From Alphaproteobacteria bacterium GWC2_42_16 (GTDB lineage Bacteria > Pseudomonadota > Alphaproteobacteria > UBA9655): a stretch of DNA of 64,000 nt. Within the stretch, counting starts at the first letter, position 1; the number at the start of each line of letters is the position of its first letter. Below, piece by piece: positions 1 through 9,563 of this stretch. The translations under genes were made by a program, and so were the position numbers. The notes beneath the pieces were generated by a model. It did no database searches and was not told the origin of the DNA. It saw nothing but the letters and a program-made list of their open reading frames with translations. The stretch lies in the NCBI GenBank assembly GCA_001767835.1, contig MEMA01000052.1, positions 5,753 to 69,752 of the forward strand. The letters are read 5' to 3'.

Positions 1-441
1 GGAGATATCGCTTCTCTCTATGGATGAGACTTTTAATGCACCTAAGGCGGGCAGAATAAATTGATTCCACAACCTTTGGTCTTCTTTGCAGCTTGACAGT
101 TTTTTGTGGGGGGCATGTTCTTTCATATATTTTTCTGCAAGTTCTTTGAGTATTGGAGTTTGGCGCACCTCTTGTTTTTCTCCGGAAGGATCCTTCCCTT
201 GGCTCACTTCCAAAAGCCACCGTTGGGCTATATTCCTGGCTTGCTCACAAGTCATAATTCCATGATCGCCAATCTTAGGACGGCGTTGCCTTCGATCCTG
301 AGTGCGATAATAAAGGAAATAACTCTTCTTCCCAGTAGGGGTAATTTTACAAAAAAAACCACTGATCTCAGAATCCCATAGAATCAGATCCTTCTCTTGT
401 GGGAGGATTGACTCAACAATTTTCTTAGTCAGTTTTTGCAT
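1..441 (-). CDS. Tyrosine integrase, N-terminal part only (continues beyond the left edge of the window)
   Basis: Hand translation of the minus strand from the ATG at 441 stays open to base 1 (147 codons): MQKLTKKIVESILPQEKDLILWDSEISGFFCKITPTGKKSYFLYYRTQDRRQRRPKIGDHGIMTCEQARNIAQRWLLEVSQGKDPS... This fits the Arm/DUF4102-type N-terminal domain of P4-like island and phage integrases. It is absent from the ORF track because it has no stop codon inside the window. Confidence 0.75.
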   Translation of the reverse strand, partial: MQKLTKKIVESILPQEKDLILWDSEISGFFCKITPTGKKSYFLYYRTQDRRQRRPKIGDHGIMTCEQARNIAQRWLLEVSQGKDPSGEKQEVRQTPILKELAEKYMKEHAPHKKLSSCKEDQRLWNQFILPALGALKVSSIERSDIS

Positions 442-597
442 AATCAGTTGCCCTTGTTTTTCATTCTAGGTAGCACATAGGTAGCAGCATAAAAAGATTT
501 TGGCAATATGAAAAAGAACGAGGGAGATCAAAAATCATTATAAAACAAACAATTATATACTTTTAGAGAACAAGAAATATTGAGAAAAATGTATGAA

Positions 598-649
598 TCT
601 AAGACTACGGATCAGAAGGTTAGGAGTTCGAGTCTCTTCGGGCGCGCCA
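598..649 (+). pseudogene. tRNA 3'-half-like fragment (T-arm, acceptor 3' strand, CCA) with no 5' half; possible att-site remnant
   Basis: T-arm aggag-ttcgagt-ctctt at 622-638, acceptor strand cgggcgc, discriminator G, and CCA at 647-649. No complementary 5' acceptor strand or D-arm lies upstream. The fragment sits 157 nt from the integrase start codon. Confidence 0.45.
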
Positions 650-739
650 GGAAACCACTGGGATTTTTAAGTCATTTGATTGAGAGAAAGCAACGACTAA
701 TACCAAAAGTTGTCTAGAAAATAATAAGGAACATTGTTA

Positions 740-1102
740 ATGGATAATAAAAAATATAGATATAATCATATAGGAATCCCTACTACAAAAAAGTTAAAGG
801 ATGAAAAATATCTACCAGATTATGATGTTTATATTTCTGGATACAATGAAAATGAGTTTAATGTAGAGTACATGAGATATGGTGAAAAGTGCACGATTCC
901 GGATATTGTAAAAAAACTGCCGCATGTTGCGTTTGAAGTAGATGATATTTATGAGGCAATCGAAGGCTGTGAAGTTATTATAGAGCCAAATAGCCCGTCT
1001 GAAGGAGTTACAGTTGCATTTATATTGGTAAATGATGCTCCAATAGAATTTATGCAATGGGTAGGACGAGGGGATTTTGATAATAAAGAACCCCGTCCAT
1101 GA
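740..1102 (+). CDS. VOC/glyoxalase-fold family protein (small)
   Basis: ORF track 734-1102; the ATG at 740 follows an aagga RBS. HIGIPT...LPHVAFEVDDIYEAIEG...IIEPNSP...VAFI resembles a glyoxalase/bleomycin-resistance (VOC) beta-alpha-beta module. The gene is AT-rich. Confidence 0.5.
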   Translation: MDNKKYRYNHIGIPTTKKLKDEKYLPDYDVYISGYNENEFNVEYMRYGEKCTIPDIVKKLPHVAFEVDDIYEAIEGCEVIIEPNSPSEGVTVAFILVNDAPIEFMQWVGRGDFDNKEPRP

Positions 1103-1193
1103 TACGATGGGCTGGTTTGATGTAAATCATTTGCCCGGTCCCATTATTCCTGCGTCAAGTTCGATATCGAGCAATATTTAAAGGGTGATCTTT

Positions 1194-1763
1194 ATGGAGA
1201 GTTCGGATATGGAGTTGAGTGGTCTGAAAACAAAGGTAGATCTGATTGCCATTGGGGATGCCCTTGAAGCCATTGCTCTGAGGAGTGTCTTAGAATCCTT
1301 TGGGGTTGAAGTTCGATGTCATTTTGTTGCCAGCGTGAAGAAGTTGATTTCATTTCTTAACGGGAACGAGTTTCTCCACAAGACAGTTATCATCTCTTGC
1401 CATGGGGATGAAAAGGGGATGATACTCCCAGAACTTACTCCAGAACTTGAAAATACAATGCCCTATCGTCGAGTCTTATCCGCATCAGATTGCACCGAAT
1501 TTTTAGAGCTCAAGGATCAAGTTATTATTAATACAGGATGTTGCTTAGGAAAGGATGGCTTTGCTAAAAGCTTTATACAAGGGGGAGCTTCGGCTTATGT
1601 AGGATTTGAGACCTATCCTGAAGGAAATGCAGTCGTACTTTTTGTCATTTCATTTTTGTACTTTTTTATTTGCCAAGATCAAACATTAAGAACCGCCTTC
1701 AAAAAGGCAAAATCTCTAGATGAGAGAGAAAGCTTCGTTAAACTCCATGAAAAAAAATCTTAA
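1194..1763 (+). CDS. Minimal CHAT/caspase-like cysteine protease-fold protein (hypothetical)
   Basis: Hydrophobic strand plus His (VIISCHGDEKG), then about 46 aa later a hydrophobic strand plus Cys (VIINTGCCLG). This is followed by GGASAYVGFE...FFICQDQTLRTAFKKAK, which resembles the C-terminal part of CHAT domains. The ATG at 1194 has an aaaggg RBS; the track starts at GTG 1185. Confidence 0.45.
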   Translation: MESSDMELSGLKTKVDLIAIGDALEAIALRSVLESFGVEVRCHFVASVKKLISFLNGNEFLHKTVIISCHGDEKGMILPELTPELENTMPYRRVLSASDCTEFLELKDQVIINTGCCLGKDGFAKSFIQGGASAYVGFETYPEGNAVVLFVISFLYFFICQDQTLRTAFKKAKSLDERESFVKLHEKKS

Positions 1764-1969
1764 CCATGGGTAAGACAACACCATCAAAATAATCTATCTT
1801 TTAGCTTTCTTTCGACGAATTGTTTAATGGCAATGGGGGTATATAGCTATGAACGCGGGACGCACGGCAAGATGTTATGAGACTATGCCCATGGCATTTC
1901 ACACCACTAGCTTCTGATCGGGCTTTTAGTTTAAACTAGAATAATAAATTATAAAAACGAAAGGCCCCA

Positions 1970-2590
1970 ATGATCACTCTGAATACCTTTCCCGACATTA
2001 TTGTCCTAACAGTGGCTTACCTTTTTGGCTCAATTCCTTCAGGCCTTCTTGTGAGTTGGTTAAGCGATCTCCCAGACCCTCGAACTATGGGCTCAGGAAA
2101 CATTGGCACGACTAATATGCTGCGCCTTGGAGACAAAAAAGCAGCTTTACTGACCCTTACCATTGACGTCCTCAAAGGAAGTTTCGCTGTTGTTTTTGCC
2201 CTCATTTTTATGCCGGCGCTGGCCCAATGGGCGGGGATCGTCGCTGTTATAGGTCATATATGGCCTCTCTGGCTGATGTTCAAAGGAGGAAAAGGTGTCG
2301 CAACCTCCTTTGGCGTTCTTTTGATGCTCAATTGGATTTTGACCTTGGCGTGCTTTGGGACATGGACCACTTTTGCCATTATGACTCGCTATTCTTCCCT
2401 TGCCTCCCTTATCACCTTTCTCTTAAGTTCATTCTATGCCTTGTTTGTTTCAGGAGAAAGCCTTGTTATTACATGTTTGATCTTGACGGCGCTTATTTTT
2501 TGGACGCATCGTCATAACATCGACCGTTTACGAAAAGGAAAAGAACCGAAAATTGGCGATCCCACTTCCCCACCCACTACCAAAAGATGA
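1970..2590 (+). CDS. plsY: Glycerol-3-phosphate acyltransferase PlsY
   Basis: LFGSIPSGLL, GSGNIGTTN and FKGGKGVAT motifs in a multi-TM protein of about 200 aa. Confidence 0.9.
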   Translation: MITLNTFPDIIVLTVAYLFGSIPSGLLVSWLSDLPDPRTMGSGNIGTTNMLRLGDKKAALLTLTIDVLKGSFAVVFALIFMPALAQWAGIVAVIGHIWPLWLMFKGGKGVATSFGVLLMLNWILTLACFGTWTTFAIMTRYSSLASLITFLLSSFYALFVSGESLVITCLILTALIFWTHRHNIDRLRKGKEPKIGDPTSPPTTKR

Positions 2591-3683
2591 CGATCTTTTC
2601 AGTTACTTGTGTCTTACGCGATCGGAAAACGTAGGGCCTGTTACCTTTCACAAATTGCTTGAGCGCTATGGCACAGCTGATAAAGCCTTGAAAGCTTTGC
2701 CAGAACTAGCCTCACAAGGTGGCCTTAAGCGATCCTTGCATATAGCTTCTCAAGCTAACATTGAAAAGGAACTAGAATCTATTGCCTCCTTTGGGGGCCA
2801 CTTCATCCCTTATCATAGCCCCTTATACCCCCGCCTTCTTCGGCATATTGATTCCGCCCCTCCCCTTTTAACGGTAAAGGGAAAGCTAGAACTCCTCCAA
2901 GAGCCCATTTTCTCGATCGTAGGCGCACGCAATGCCTCCGCCCTTGGCAAAAAAATGGCCCAATCCTTAGCCGAAAAGCTAGGGCGTGAAGGCTGGGTGA
3001 TCTCCTCTGGCCTTGCACGCGGGATTGATGCTGCGGCCCACAGGGGAAGCCTTTCAAAGGGCACGATTGCTGTGCTGGCAGGTGGAATTGATCAAATCTA
3101 TCCTCCTGAAAATGAGGAGCTTTATCTCCAAATTGCTGAAGAGGGCCTTCTTCTCGCCGAATCACCCTTTGGAACTCAGCCTCACGCTACTCTTTTTCCT
3201 CGGCGTAATCGTATCATTTCGGGCTTAAGTCGAGCCCTTCTCATTGTTGAAGCAGCTCTTAAATCAGGGTCTCTTATCACAGCCCGCAATGCAGCAGAAC
3301 AAGGGCGCGAGGTCTTTGCAATTCCTGGTCATCCTCTTGATCCAAGAGCGCGTGGGTGTAACCGCCTTATTAAAAATGGTGCTATTTTAGTGGAAGAGAT
3401 TGAAGATATCCTTAATGAAATCCATCCTTCTCAACCCCTTGAATTTAAAGAAGAGCGCCCACAACTCATAAATGCTGTTTCCCCAAAAGACCTCACGCAC
3501 GCTCGTGTCCTTGTTAACGAAAATTTAAGCGTTGTTCCAATAAGTATTGACGAATTGATCCGAGAATGTCAGTTGTCGACATCGGAAATATGGGTTGTCC
3601 TCTTGGAAATGGAAATAGCGGGACGTATAGAGCGCTTTCCAGGTGGAAAAGTGGCTCTAAAAGAGGAATGGAAAAGCTTATGA
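2553..3683 (+). CDS. dprA: DNA processing protein DprA/Smf
   Basis: IVGARNASALG, SGLARGIDAAAHRG and FAIPGHPLDPRARGCNRLIKNGA motifs. TTG start is uncertain. The stop overlaps the topA start (ATGA). Confidence 0.85.
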   Translation: MAIPLPHPLPKDDDLFSYLCLTRSENVGPVTFHKLLERYGTADKALKALPELASQGGLKRSLHIASQANIEKELESIASFGGHFIPYHSPLYPRLLRHIDSAPPLLTVKGKLELLQEPIFSIVGARNASALGKKMAQSLAEKLGREGWVISSGLARGIDAAAHRGSLSKGTIAVLAGGIDQIYPPENEELYLQIAEEGLLLAESPFGTQPHATLFPRRNRIISGLSRALLIVEAALKSGSLITARNAAEQGREVFAIPGHPLDPRARGCNRLIKNGAILVEEIEDILNEIHPSQPLEFKEERPQLINAVSPKDLTHARVLVNENLSVVPISIDELIRECQLSTSEIWVVLLEMEIAGRIERFPGGKVALKEEWKSL

Positions 3684-6037
3684 ACGTCGTCGTTGTTGAA
3701 TCCCCATCAAAGGCAAGAACAATCGAGAAGTATCTTGGTAAGAATTATAAGGTCCTTGCAAGTTATGGGCACGTGCGTGATTTGGTTTCAAAGGAAGGCT
3801 CCGTGAAACCAGACGAAGATTTTGCCATGACCTGGCAAGTTGATGAGCGTTCGAAAAAACATATCGACGCCATTACGAAGGCTCTTAAAGGGGCGGGACA
3901 TCTCTACCTTGCAACCGACCCTGATCGTGAAGGAGAAGCTATTTCCTGGCACATTCAGGAAATCTTAGCCCAAAAAGGCGCTTTAAAGGACATCAAGCCC
4001 GAGCGCATTGCTTTTAATGCCATTACAAAGGAAACCGTAGCCAATGCCTTGGCCCACCCCCGCCCTATTGATCGTCAACTTGTGGAAGCTTATTTAGCAC
4101 GGCTCAGTCTTGACTATCTTGTTGGTTTTAATCTTTCTCCTGTCTTGTGGAGGAAATTACCCGGGAGCCGGTCAGCAGGACGCGTCCAATCCGTAGCTTT
4201 GCGCCTTGTTGTTGAGCGTGAAAATGAGATTGAAACCTTTAAATCTCAAGAATATTGGACAATTGAAGTTGAGTTCTTAACAGAAGATCAAAAGCCTTTT
4301 AAGGCACGCCTCACCCATTTGGATGGGAAAAAACTGGACAAATTTAGTCTTGCTTCGGAAAAGGATGCACGAGACGCAGAGAAAAAAATCAGAGCCCAAG
4401 ACTTTCATATTGATGCAATCGAGAAAAAGCGACTCCAGCGCCATCCTCGTCCGCCTTTTATTACCTCGACCCTCCAACAGGAAGCCTCTCGGAAACTCGG
4501 CTTTAGCCCTAGAAGAACCATGCAGCTCGCCCAAAAACTTTATGAAGGTGTTTCTATTGGCTCTGAGATCGTAGGACTTATCACCTATATGCGTACCGAC
4601 AGCACCCAAGTGGAAGGGAGTGCTATTGCTGCATGTCGGAACGTCATCGAAAAAGTCTTTGGGAAGAAATATCTGCCTCCAAGCCCACGTCAATACAAAA
4701 CAAAAGTCAAAAATGCCCAAGAAGCTCACGAAGCCATCCGCCCTACAGATTCAAGACGTAATCCTCAAGAGATGACAAAATTTCTGGATCATGATCACGC
4801 AAAGCTTTATGAGCTTATTTGGAAGCGTATGATGGCCTCTCAAATGGCCAGTGCCGAGCTTGATCAAACCAGTGTTGATGTGGTCGATCAAAAAAAGGAG
4901 ATTATCCTCCGTGCCACAGGGTCAGTCCTCGTCTTTGATGGTTTTCTAACCCTTTATCGGGAGAGCCTTGATGCGGATCAAATGGAAGATGAGGACAACA
5001 AAATCCTCCCCCCTCTTCGCGAGAAAGAAACAGCGAAAAAGCAAAATATTCTTCCTGAACAACACTTTACACAACCCCCACCGCGCTATACGGAAGCAAG
5101 CCTTGTTAAAAAAATGGAAGAATTGGGTATTGGACGTCCATCGACCTACGCTCGCATTCTTCAGGTTCTCCAAGAGCGGGGGTATGTAAAAAATGAAAAG
5201 CGTACTCTGATCCCTGAAGATCGGGGGCGTATTGTAACGGCTTTTTTGCTGAACTATTTCCGTACCTATGTAGAGTATGACTTTACAGCCCAGCTGGAAG
5301 AGCAGCTCGATGAAATTTCGAATGGCGACTTGTTCTGGAAAGATGTGCTTATAAAGTTCTGGAAACCTTTTCATGGTGCCATTGATGAGGCTCAAAAGCT
5401 TAAAATACAAGAAGTCCTGGAGCAGCTCCAAAAGGACTTAGATGACTTTCTTTTTCCACCTCTTGAAGGTCAAGCGGACCCCCACCTATGCCCTCGCTGT
5501 AAAAAAGGAATGTTGGGCTTACGCTTGAGCAAATTTGGCTCCTTTATTGGATGTTCTGAATACCCTGAATGCAAGTATACACGCCCTCTCATCGTTTCAG
5601 AAGAAGGGATAGATCAAGTTCAAGAGGAACCTTATGAACGGGAATTAGGTATCGACCCTTCATCAGGCTTAACCGTTAAGGTTAAACGTGGCCCTTATGG
5701 ATTTTACATCCAATGGGGAGAGGTCATCTCAAAGAAGGAAAAGCCAAAACGCGCTTCCTTAACAGCAGGGATGAATCCTGACGAAATCACCCTGAAGGAG
5801 GCCCTTTCCTTGGGCGCCCTTCCACGAAGTGTGGGGTTTGATCCAGAAACCAAGGAGCCCATTACAGCAGCTGTCGGGCGCTTTGGCCCCTATGTTAAGC
5901 TTGGTAAAATATTCGCCTCACTCAAGAAGACCGATGATGTGTTAACCATTGATTTGACTCGAGCACTTCAGCTCATTGAAATCAAGAAGAATACTCCTCC
6001 AAGAAAAGCAAAAGGAAGCCGTGGCAAAAAAGGATAA
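3680..6037 (+). CDS. topA: DNA topoisomerase I
   Basis: MNVVVVESPSKARTIEKYLG N-terminus, Toprim TDPDREGE, active-site region YMRTDS, and C-terminal Cys4 fingers (CPRCKKG...CSEYPECKY). The start was moved to the ATG at 3680, in frame with track ORF 3566. Confidence 0.93.
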   Translation: MNVVVVESPSKARTIEKYLGKNYKVLASYGHVRDLVSKEGSVKPDEDFAMTWQVDERSKKHIDAITKALKGAGHLYLATDPDREGEAISWHIQEILAQKGALKDIKPERIAFNAITKETVANALAHPRPIDRQLVEAYLARLSLDYLVGFNLSPVLWRKLPGSRSAGRVQSVALRLVVERENEIETFKSQEYWTIEVEFLTEDQKPFKARLTHLDGKKLDKFSLASEKDARDAEKKIRAQDFHIDAIEKKRLQRHPRPPFITSTLQQEASRKLGFSPRRTMQLAQKLYEGVSIGSEIVGLITYMRTDSTQVEGSAIAACRNVIEKVFGKKYLPPSPRQYKTKVKNAQEAHEAIRPTDSRRNPQEMTKFLDHDHAKLYELIWKRMMASQMASAELDQTSVDVVDQKKEIILRATGSVLVFDGFLTLYRESLDADQMEDEDNKILPPLREKETAKKQNILPEQHFTQPPPRYTEASLVKKMEELGIGRPSTYARILQVLQERGYVKNEKRTLIPEDRGRIVTAFLLNYFRTYVEYDFTAQLEEQLDEISNGDLFWKDVLIKFWKPFHGAIDEAQKLKIQEVLEQLQKDLDDFLFPPLEGQADPHLCPRCKKGMLGLRLSKFGSFIGCSEYPECKYTRPLIVSEEGIDQVQEEPYERELGIDPSSGLTVKVKRGPYGFYIQWGEVISKKEKPKRASLTAGMNPDEITLKEALSLGALPRSVGFDPETKEPITAAVGRFGPYVKLGKIFASLKKTDDVLTIDLTRALQLIEIKKNTPPRKAKGSRGKKG

Positions 6038-8165
6038 ACATTTTCCCACCTTTGAGGAGATCCTCGACTTTATTCAATCTTCTGATAAAAAAGTTGGCAA
6101 ACGTGAGATTGCCCGCGCCTTTAACCTTAAGGGACACCAACGCATTTGGCTTAAAGATGTCCTCAAAGAAATGGGAGATAAGGGGCTGATTCAACGTGGT
6201 CACAAACGAAAGATGCGTCCATCAAAGTCTCTCCCTCCAGTTCTCCTCGTGGACGTCTCTCCCAACCTTTCTGAGGAAGGGGAAGTTCTTCTCATGCCTG
6301 TCGAAAAGGAGGAGACCTTTCTCCCCATTATTTTAGCAGAACCAGCAGCTTCTCGCGTCAAAACAGGAGAAAAACTCTTGGTCCGTCTAAAACGCCATCC
6401 CGATGGCTATTACATGGCGCGCCTTCTTAAAAAAATAGAAGTCAAACCTAAAACCTTAGTAGGTGCTATTATTAAAAGCCGTGGTGCCTTTTACTTCCAG
6501 CCCTCTGACCGGCGGCGGCAAGAAGATATTGCTCTCCTCCTCGAGCCAAAAAAGGCCAAGGAGGGAGATCTGGTCGTCGCTGAATTACAGCGTCAAGAGC
6601 GCCCCTTAAAGGCCAAGGTCCTCAAGACCCTGGGATCCCTTGATGATCCCCGTTCCATTAGCTTAATTTCCATTTACCAAGAAGGTCTGCCTCATGAGTT
6701 TTCCGAAGAGGTACTTCGAGAAGCCGAAGAGGTTCGCAAACTATCCCTTGAGGGGCGAGAGGATTTGCGTTCTATTCCCTTTGTCACCATCGATGGCGAT
6801 GATGCCCGCGACTTTGATGATGCGGTGTGGGCTAAGGAAGAGGAGGAAGGCTGGCACCTCATGGTAGCCATTGCTGACGTTGCCCATTATGTACGTCCTG
6901 AAAGTGCTCTCGACAAGGAAGCCTTTCTTCGTGGAAACTCGGTTTATTTTCCTGACCGGGTTGTGCCCATGCTCCCTGAAACCCTTTCCAATGACCTTTG
7001 CTCCTTGAGGCCTAAGGAAGACAAAGCTTGTTTTTCAGTCCACCTTTGGCTGGACCAAAAAGGACGCCTTAAGCGTTATAAGTTTGTTCGAGGCGTTATG
7101 CAGTCCATTGAACGCTTAACTTACGTCCAAGTCCAACAAGCCATAGACGGAAATCCGGATCAACAAACAAAACCGCTCCTTAACTCCGTTATCAAACCAC
7201 TGTATGGGGCCTATGCGCTTTTACAAAAGGCCAGGGAGTTTCGCGGTACCCTTGACCTGGAGATTCCCGAAAAGCAAGTTTTCTTGGGAAAAGAAGGACA
7301 CATTGAAGACATTCATCCGCGGTCTCGCCTTGAAAGTCATCGTCTCATTGAAGAGTTTATGATCTTGGCCAATGTAGCCGCAGCCCAACAACTGGAAGCC
7401 CGGAAAGCGCCATGTATTTATCGAATTCATGATGAACCCGACCCTGCCAAACTTTTTATCTTCCGAGAACTCGTTGAAGGGCTTGGTTTTTCATTTCCCA
7501 AATCCCAAGCTATCACACCTAAGGCATTTCTTCATCTTTTAAAGGCAGCTCATGGCACTCCACAACAGGCATTGATCAGCCAACTCACCTTAAGGACCCA
7601 AGCCCAGGCCCTTTATCACCCTGAAAACATTGGCCATTTTGGTTTGAGTCTGAAAAAATATAGCCACTTCACCTCCCCCATTCGACGGTACGCAGACATC
7701 ATTGTCCACCGAAGTTTGATTGAGGCCTTACAACTTGGGAAGGACGGACTTCAAAAGGAGATGGATTTAACCGCTATTGGCGAGCAGGTCTCGTTCACAG
7801 AAAGGCGCGCGGCCGCTGCCGAAAGGGCTGCCCTTGAGCGCTATGTGGCTGTTTATCTCAAAGATAAGGTTGGAGAGACCTTTGAGGGGCGGATCAATGG
7901 GGTTACGTCCTTCGGGCTTTTTGTTACATTGGAGCATTCCGGTGCTGATGGCTTGATTCCACTCGCCTACCTCACGGATGATTTTTATGTCTTTGAAGAG
8001 CGCAAACACCGCCTTATCGGACGCAGATCTCGGCATATCTATACCCTAGGTGATCCTATCATTGTTACTTTAAAGGAAGTTGATATGCTGACCAATTCGA
8101 TTACCTTAGCGCCTGTTCAAACGCGTCCTTTTAAGAAGAAAAAACGAGGAAAGCGAGAGCTCTGA
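5976..8165 (+). CDS. rnr: Ribonuclease R
   Basis: RNB-domain motifs (DGDDARDFDDAV, HFGL...YSHFTSPIRRYADIIVHR) and a C-terminal S1 domain with a basic tail. The start is uncertain: ATG 5976 overlaps topA by 62 nt, and an in-frame GTG at 6021 is an alternative. Confidence 0.88.
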   Translation: MKSRRILLQEKQKEAVAKKDKHFPTFEEILDFIQSSDKKVGKREIARAFNLKGHQRIWLKDVLKEMGDKGLIQRGHKRKMRPSKSLPPVLLVDVSPNLSEEGEVLLMPVEKEETFLPIILAEPAASRVKTGEKLLVRLKRHPDGYYMARLLKKIEVKPKTLVGAIIKSRGAFYFQPSDRRRQEDIALLLEPKKAKEGDLVVAELQRQERPLKAKVLKTLGSLDDPRSISLISIYQEGLPHEFSEEVLREAEEVRKLSLEGREDLRSIPFVTIDGDDARDFDDAVWAKEEEEGWHLMVAIADVAHYVRPESALDKEAFLRGNSVYFPDRVVPMLPETLSNDLCSLRPKEDKACFSVHLWLDQKGRLKRYKFVRGVMQSIERLTYVQVQQAIDGNPDQQTKPLLNSVIKPLYGAYALLQKAREFRGTLDLEIPEKQVFLGKEGHIEDIHPRSRLESHRLIEEFMILANVAAAQQLEARKAPCIYRIHDEPDPAKLFIFRELVEGLGFSFPKSQAITPKAFLHLLKAAHGTPQQALISQLTLRTQAQALYHPENIGHFGLSLKKYSHFTSPIRRYADIIVHRSLIEALQLGKDGLQKEMDLTAIGEQVSFTERRAAAAERAALERYVAVYLKDKVGETFEGRINGVTSFGLFVTLEHSGADGLIPLAYLTDDFYVFEERKHRLIGRRSRHIYTLGDPIIVTLKEVDMLTNSITLAPVQTRPFKKKKRGKREL

Positions 8166-8250
8166 ATTAGACCCTTTCCCCCCTTTCTTTCCCCAGTGAC
8201 AAAAGGCCATTGAAAGGTTAAATTTATTCAAAACAGAATTTAGGAAAAAT

Positions 8251-9555
8251 ATGACAATTTTTTATTGGCTTCTTTCAATTATCGCCCTTTTCATGCTTAT
8301 TCTTTTTTCAGCTTTCACATCAGCTTCTGAGGTAGCCGTGTTAGCCTCGTCCCGCGTGAGGCTCTACCATTTAGCAAAAAAGGGGAACACAAAAGCATCA
8401 ATTGTCATGAGCTTGCAATCCCATATCGGTGGATTTATTGGCTCAGTAATCCTTTTAAACACATGGTTTAATACCCTTGTTACCGCCCTTGGTACCGGCG
8501 TTATGACCTATCTTTTTGGCCCAATTGGCGCTCTTTATGCAGCTATCCTCATGGGAGCTCTCATCACAATTTATGCTGAAGTTGTTCCCAAAATGTACGT
8601 TTACACTTGCCCTGAACGTATTGCTATTGCCTTTGCGCCTCTTTTTAAACCCCTTCTCAAGGTCATGATGCCTTTAACAAAAACCATTAACTTTATCGGC
8701 CATGGATCTTTGAATCTCTTTGGAGTTCACATTAAAGGAGATTTATCTGAAGCTGCAGCCGCTGAAGAGCTCCGAGGTGCCATCGAGCTTCATGCTTCCT
8801 CTTCAAGTGAAGAAAGATCGATGTTACGGAGTATTTTGGATCTCACAGTCATTGAGGTTACCGAAGTTATGCATCATCGTAAGAGCATGTTTATGATAAA
8901 TGCAGACACGCCAAACCAAGAAATTGTCGACCAAGTCCTCAAAGCCCCCTATACTCGCATTCCTCTTTGGCAAGAAAACCCTGAAAACATTATAGGTGTT
9001 CTTCATACAAAAGATCTTCTTCGCGCTGTGCAAGCTCATAAGGGAGACCTTGAAAAGCTCAATATCAAGGGCATAGCAAGCCCCCCCTGGTTTATTCCAG
9101 AGACGACGACACTCATTTCACAGCTTGCCGCTTTTCGCGAACGCCGAGAACATTTTGCCCTTGTCATTGATGAATATGGAGATCTTCAAGGCATGATTAC
9201 TCTTGAAGATATTTTGGAGGAAATCGTCGGTGAAATCGTTGATGAACACGACATAGAAATTCCAGGCGTTCGCATTACGGCGGATGGGACCTACATCATC
9301 GATGGAACGGTCACCTTACGTGATTTAAATCGTCAATTTGGATGGGATCTCCCCGATGAACACGCTTCAACCTTAGCCGGTCTTATTCTCTATGAAACAC
9401 GTGAAATTCCTGATGTTGGACAGTCCTTTATGATTCATCACTGTCGATTGGATATTCTTCGTCGTCTCCGCCACCAGATAACACTCGTCAGGCTAACTCC
9501 CCCACCTCCTCAGGAGAAAGGAGCCTCAAGCAAAGAGCATGAACCCTTGAGTTAA
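8251..9555 (+). CDS. tlyC: HlyC/CorC (CNNM/TlyC) family transporter: DUF21, CBS pair and CorC_HlyC domains
   Basis: N-terminal TM helices, a CBS region (VMHHRKSM...IPLWQENPENIIGVLHTKDLL) and a C-terminal transporter-associated domain. Confidence 0.8.
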   Translation: MTIFYWLLSIIALFMLILFSAFTSASEVAVLASSRVRLYHLAKKGNTKASIVMSLQSHIGGFIGSVILLNTWFNTLVTALGTGVMTYLFGPIGALYAAILMGALITIYAEVVPKMYVYTCPERIAIAFAPLFKPLLKVMMPLTKTINFIGHGSLNLFGVHIKGDLSEAAAAEELRGAIELHASSSSEERSMLRSILDLTVIEVTEVMHHRKSMFMINADTPNQEIVDQVLKAPYTRIPLWQENPENIIGVLHTKDLLRAVQAHKGDLEKLNIKGIASPPWFIPETTTLISQLAAFRERREHFALVIDEYGDLQGMITLEDILEEIVGEIVDEHDIEIPGVRITADGTYIIDGTVTLRDLNRQFGWDLPDEHASTLAGLILYETREIPDVGQSFMIHHCRLDILRRLRHQITLVRLTPPPPQEKGASSKEHEPLS

Positions 9556-9563
9556 GGACATGA

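Noticed and set aside
341-360. Suspected frameshift of the integrase gene at the A8/T8 homopolymer (351-358), because the minus-strand ORF is missing from the track.
   Set aside because: Codon-by-codon translation from ATG 441 reads through the run in frame (GGT TTT TTT TGT AAA ATT ACC = GFFCKIT). The ORF is missing from the track only because it has no stop codon before the window edge.
106-381. 91-aa plus-strand ORF.
   Set aside because: It lies entirely antisense to the well-supported integrase reading frame and has no recognisable features. It is a shadow ORF.
480-733. Two-piece (permuted) alphaproteobacterial tmRNA next to the integrase.
   Set aside because: The acceptor strand is Arg-like (G discriminator, GC-rich) rather than the ...TCCACCA Ala-type end. 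No complementary 5' acceptor strand and no ANDN-type tag reading frame is found downstream.
3566-3679. N-terminal extension of topA from the track ORF start at 3566.
   Set aside because: It overlaps the dprA coding end. The canonical TopA N-terminus MNVVVVESPSKA begins at ATG 3680, coupled to the dprA stop.
4277-5431. 150-aa and 161-aa antisense ORFs inside topA. Similar long antisense ORFs occur inside clpB (20563-21045, 21313-21681), the RND pump (15062-15469) and trmD.
   Set aside because: All are embedded opposite strongly supported conserved genes and have no motifs. They are typical shadow ORFs.
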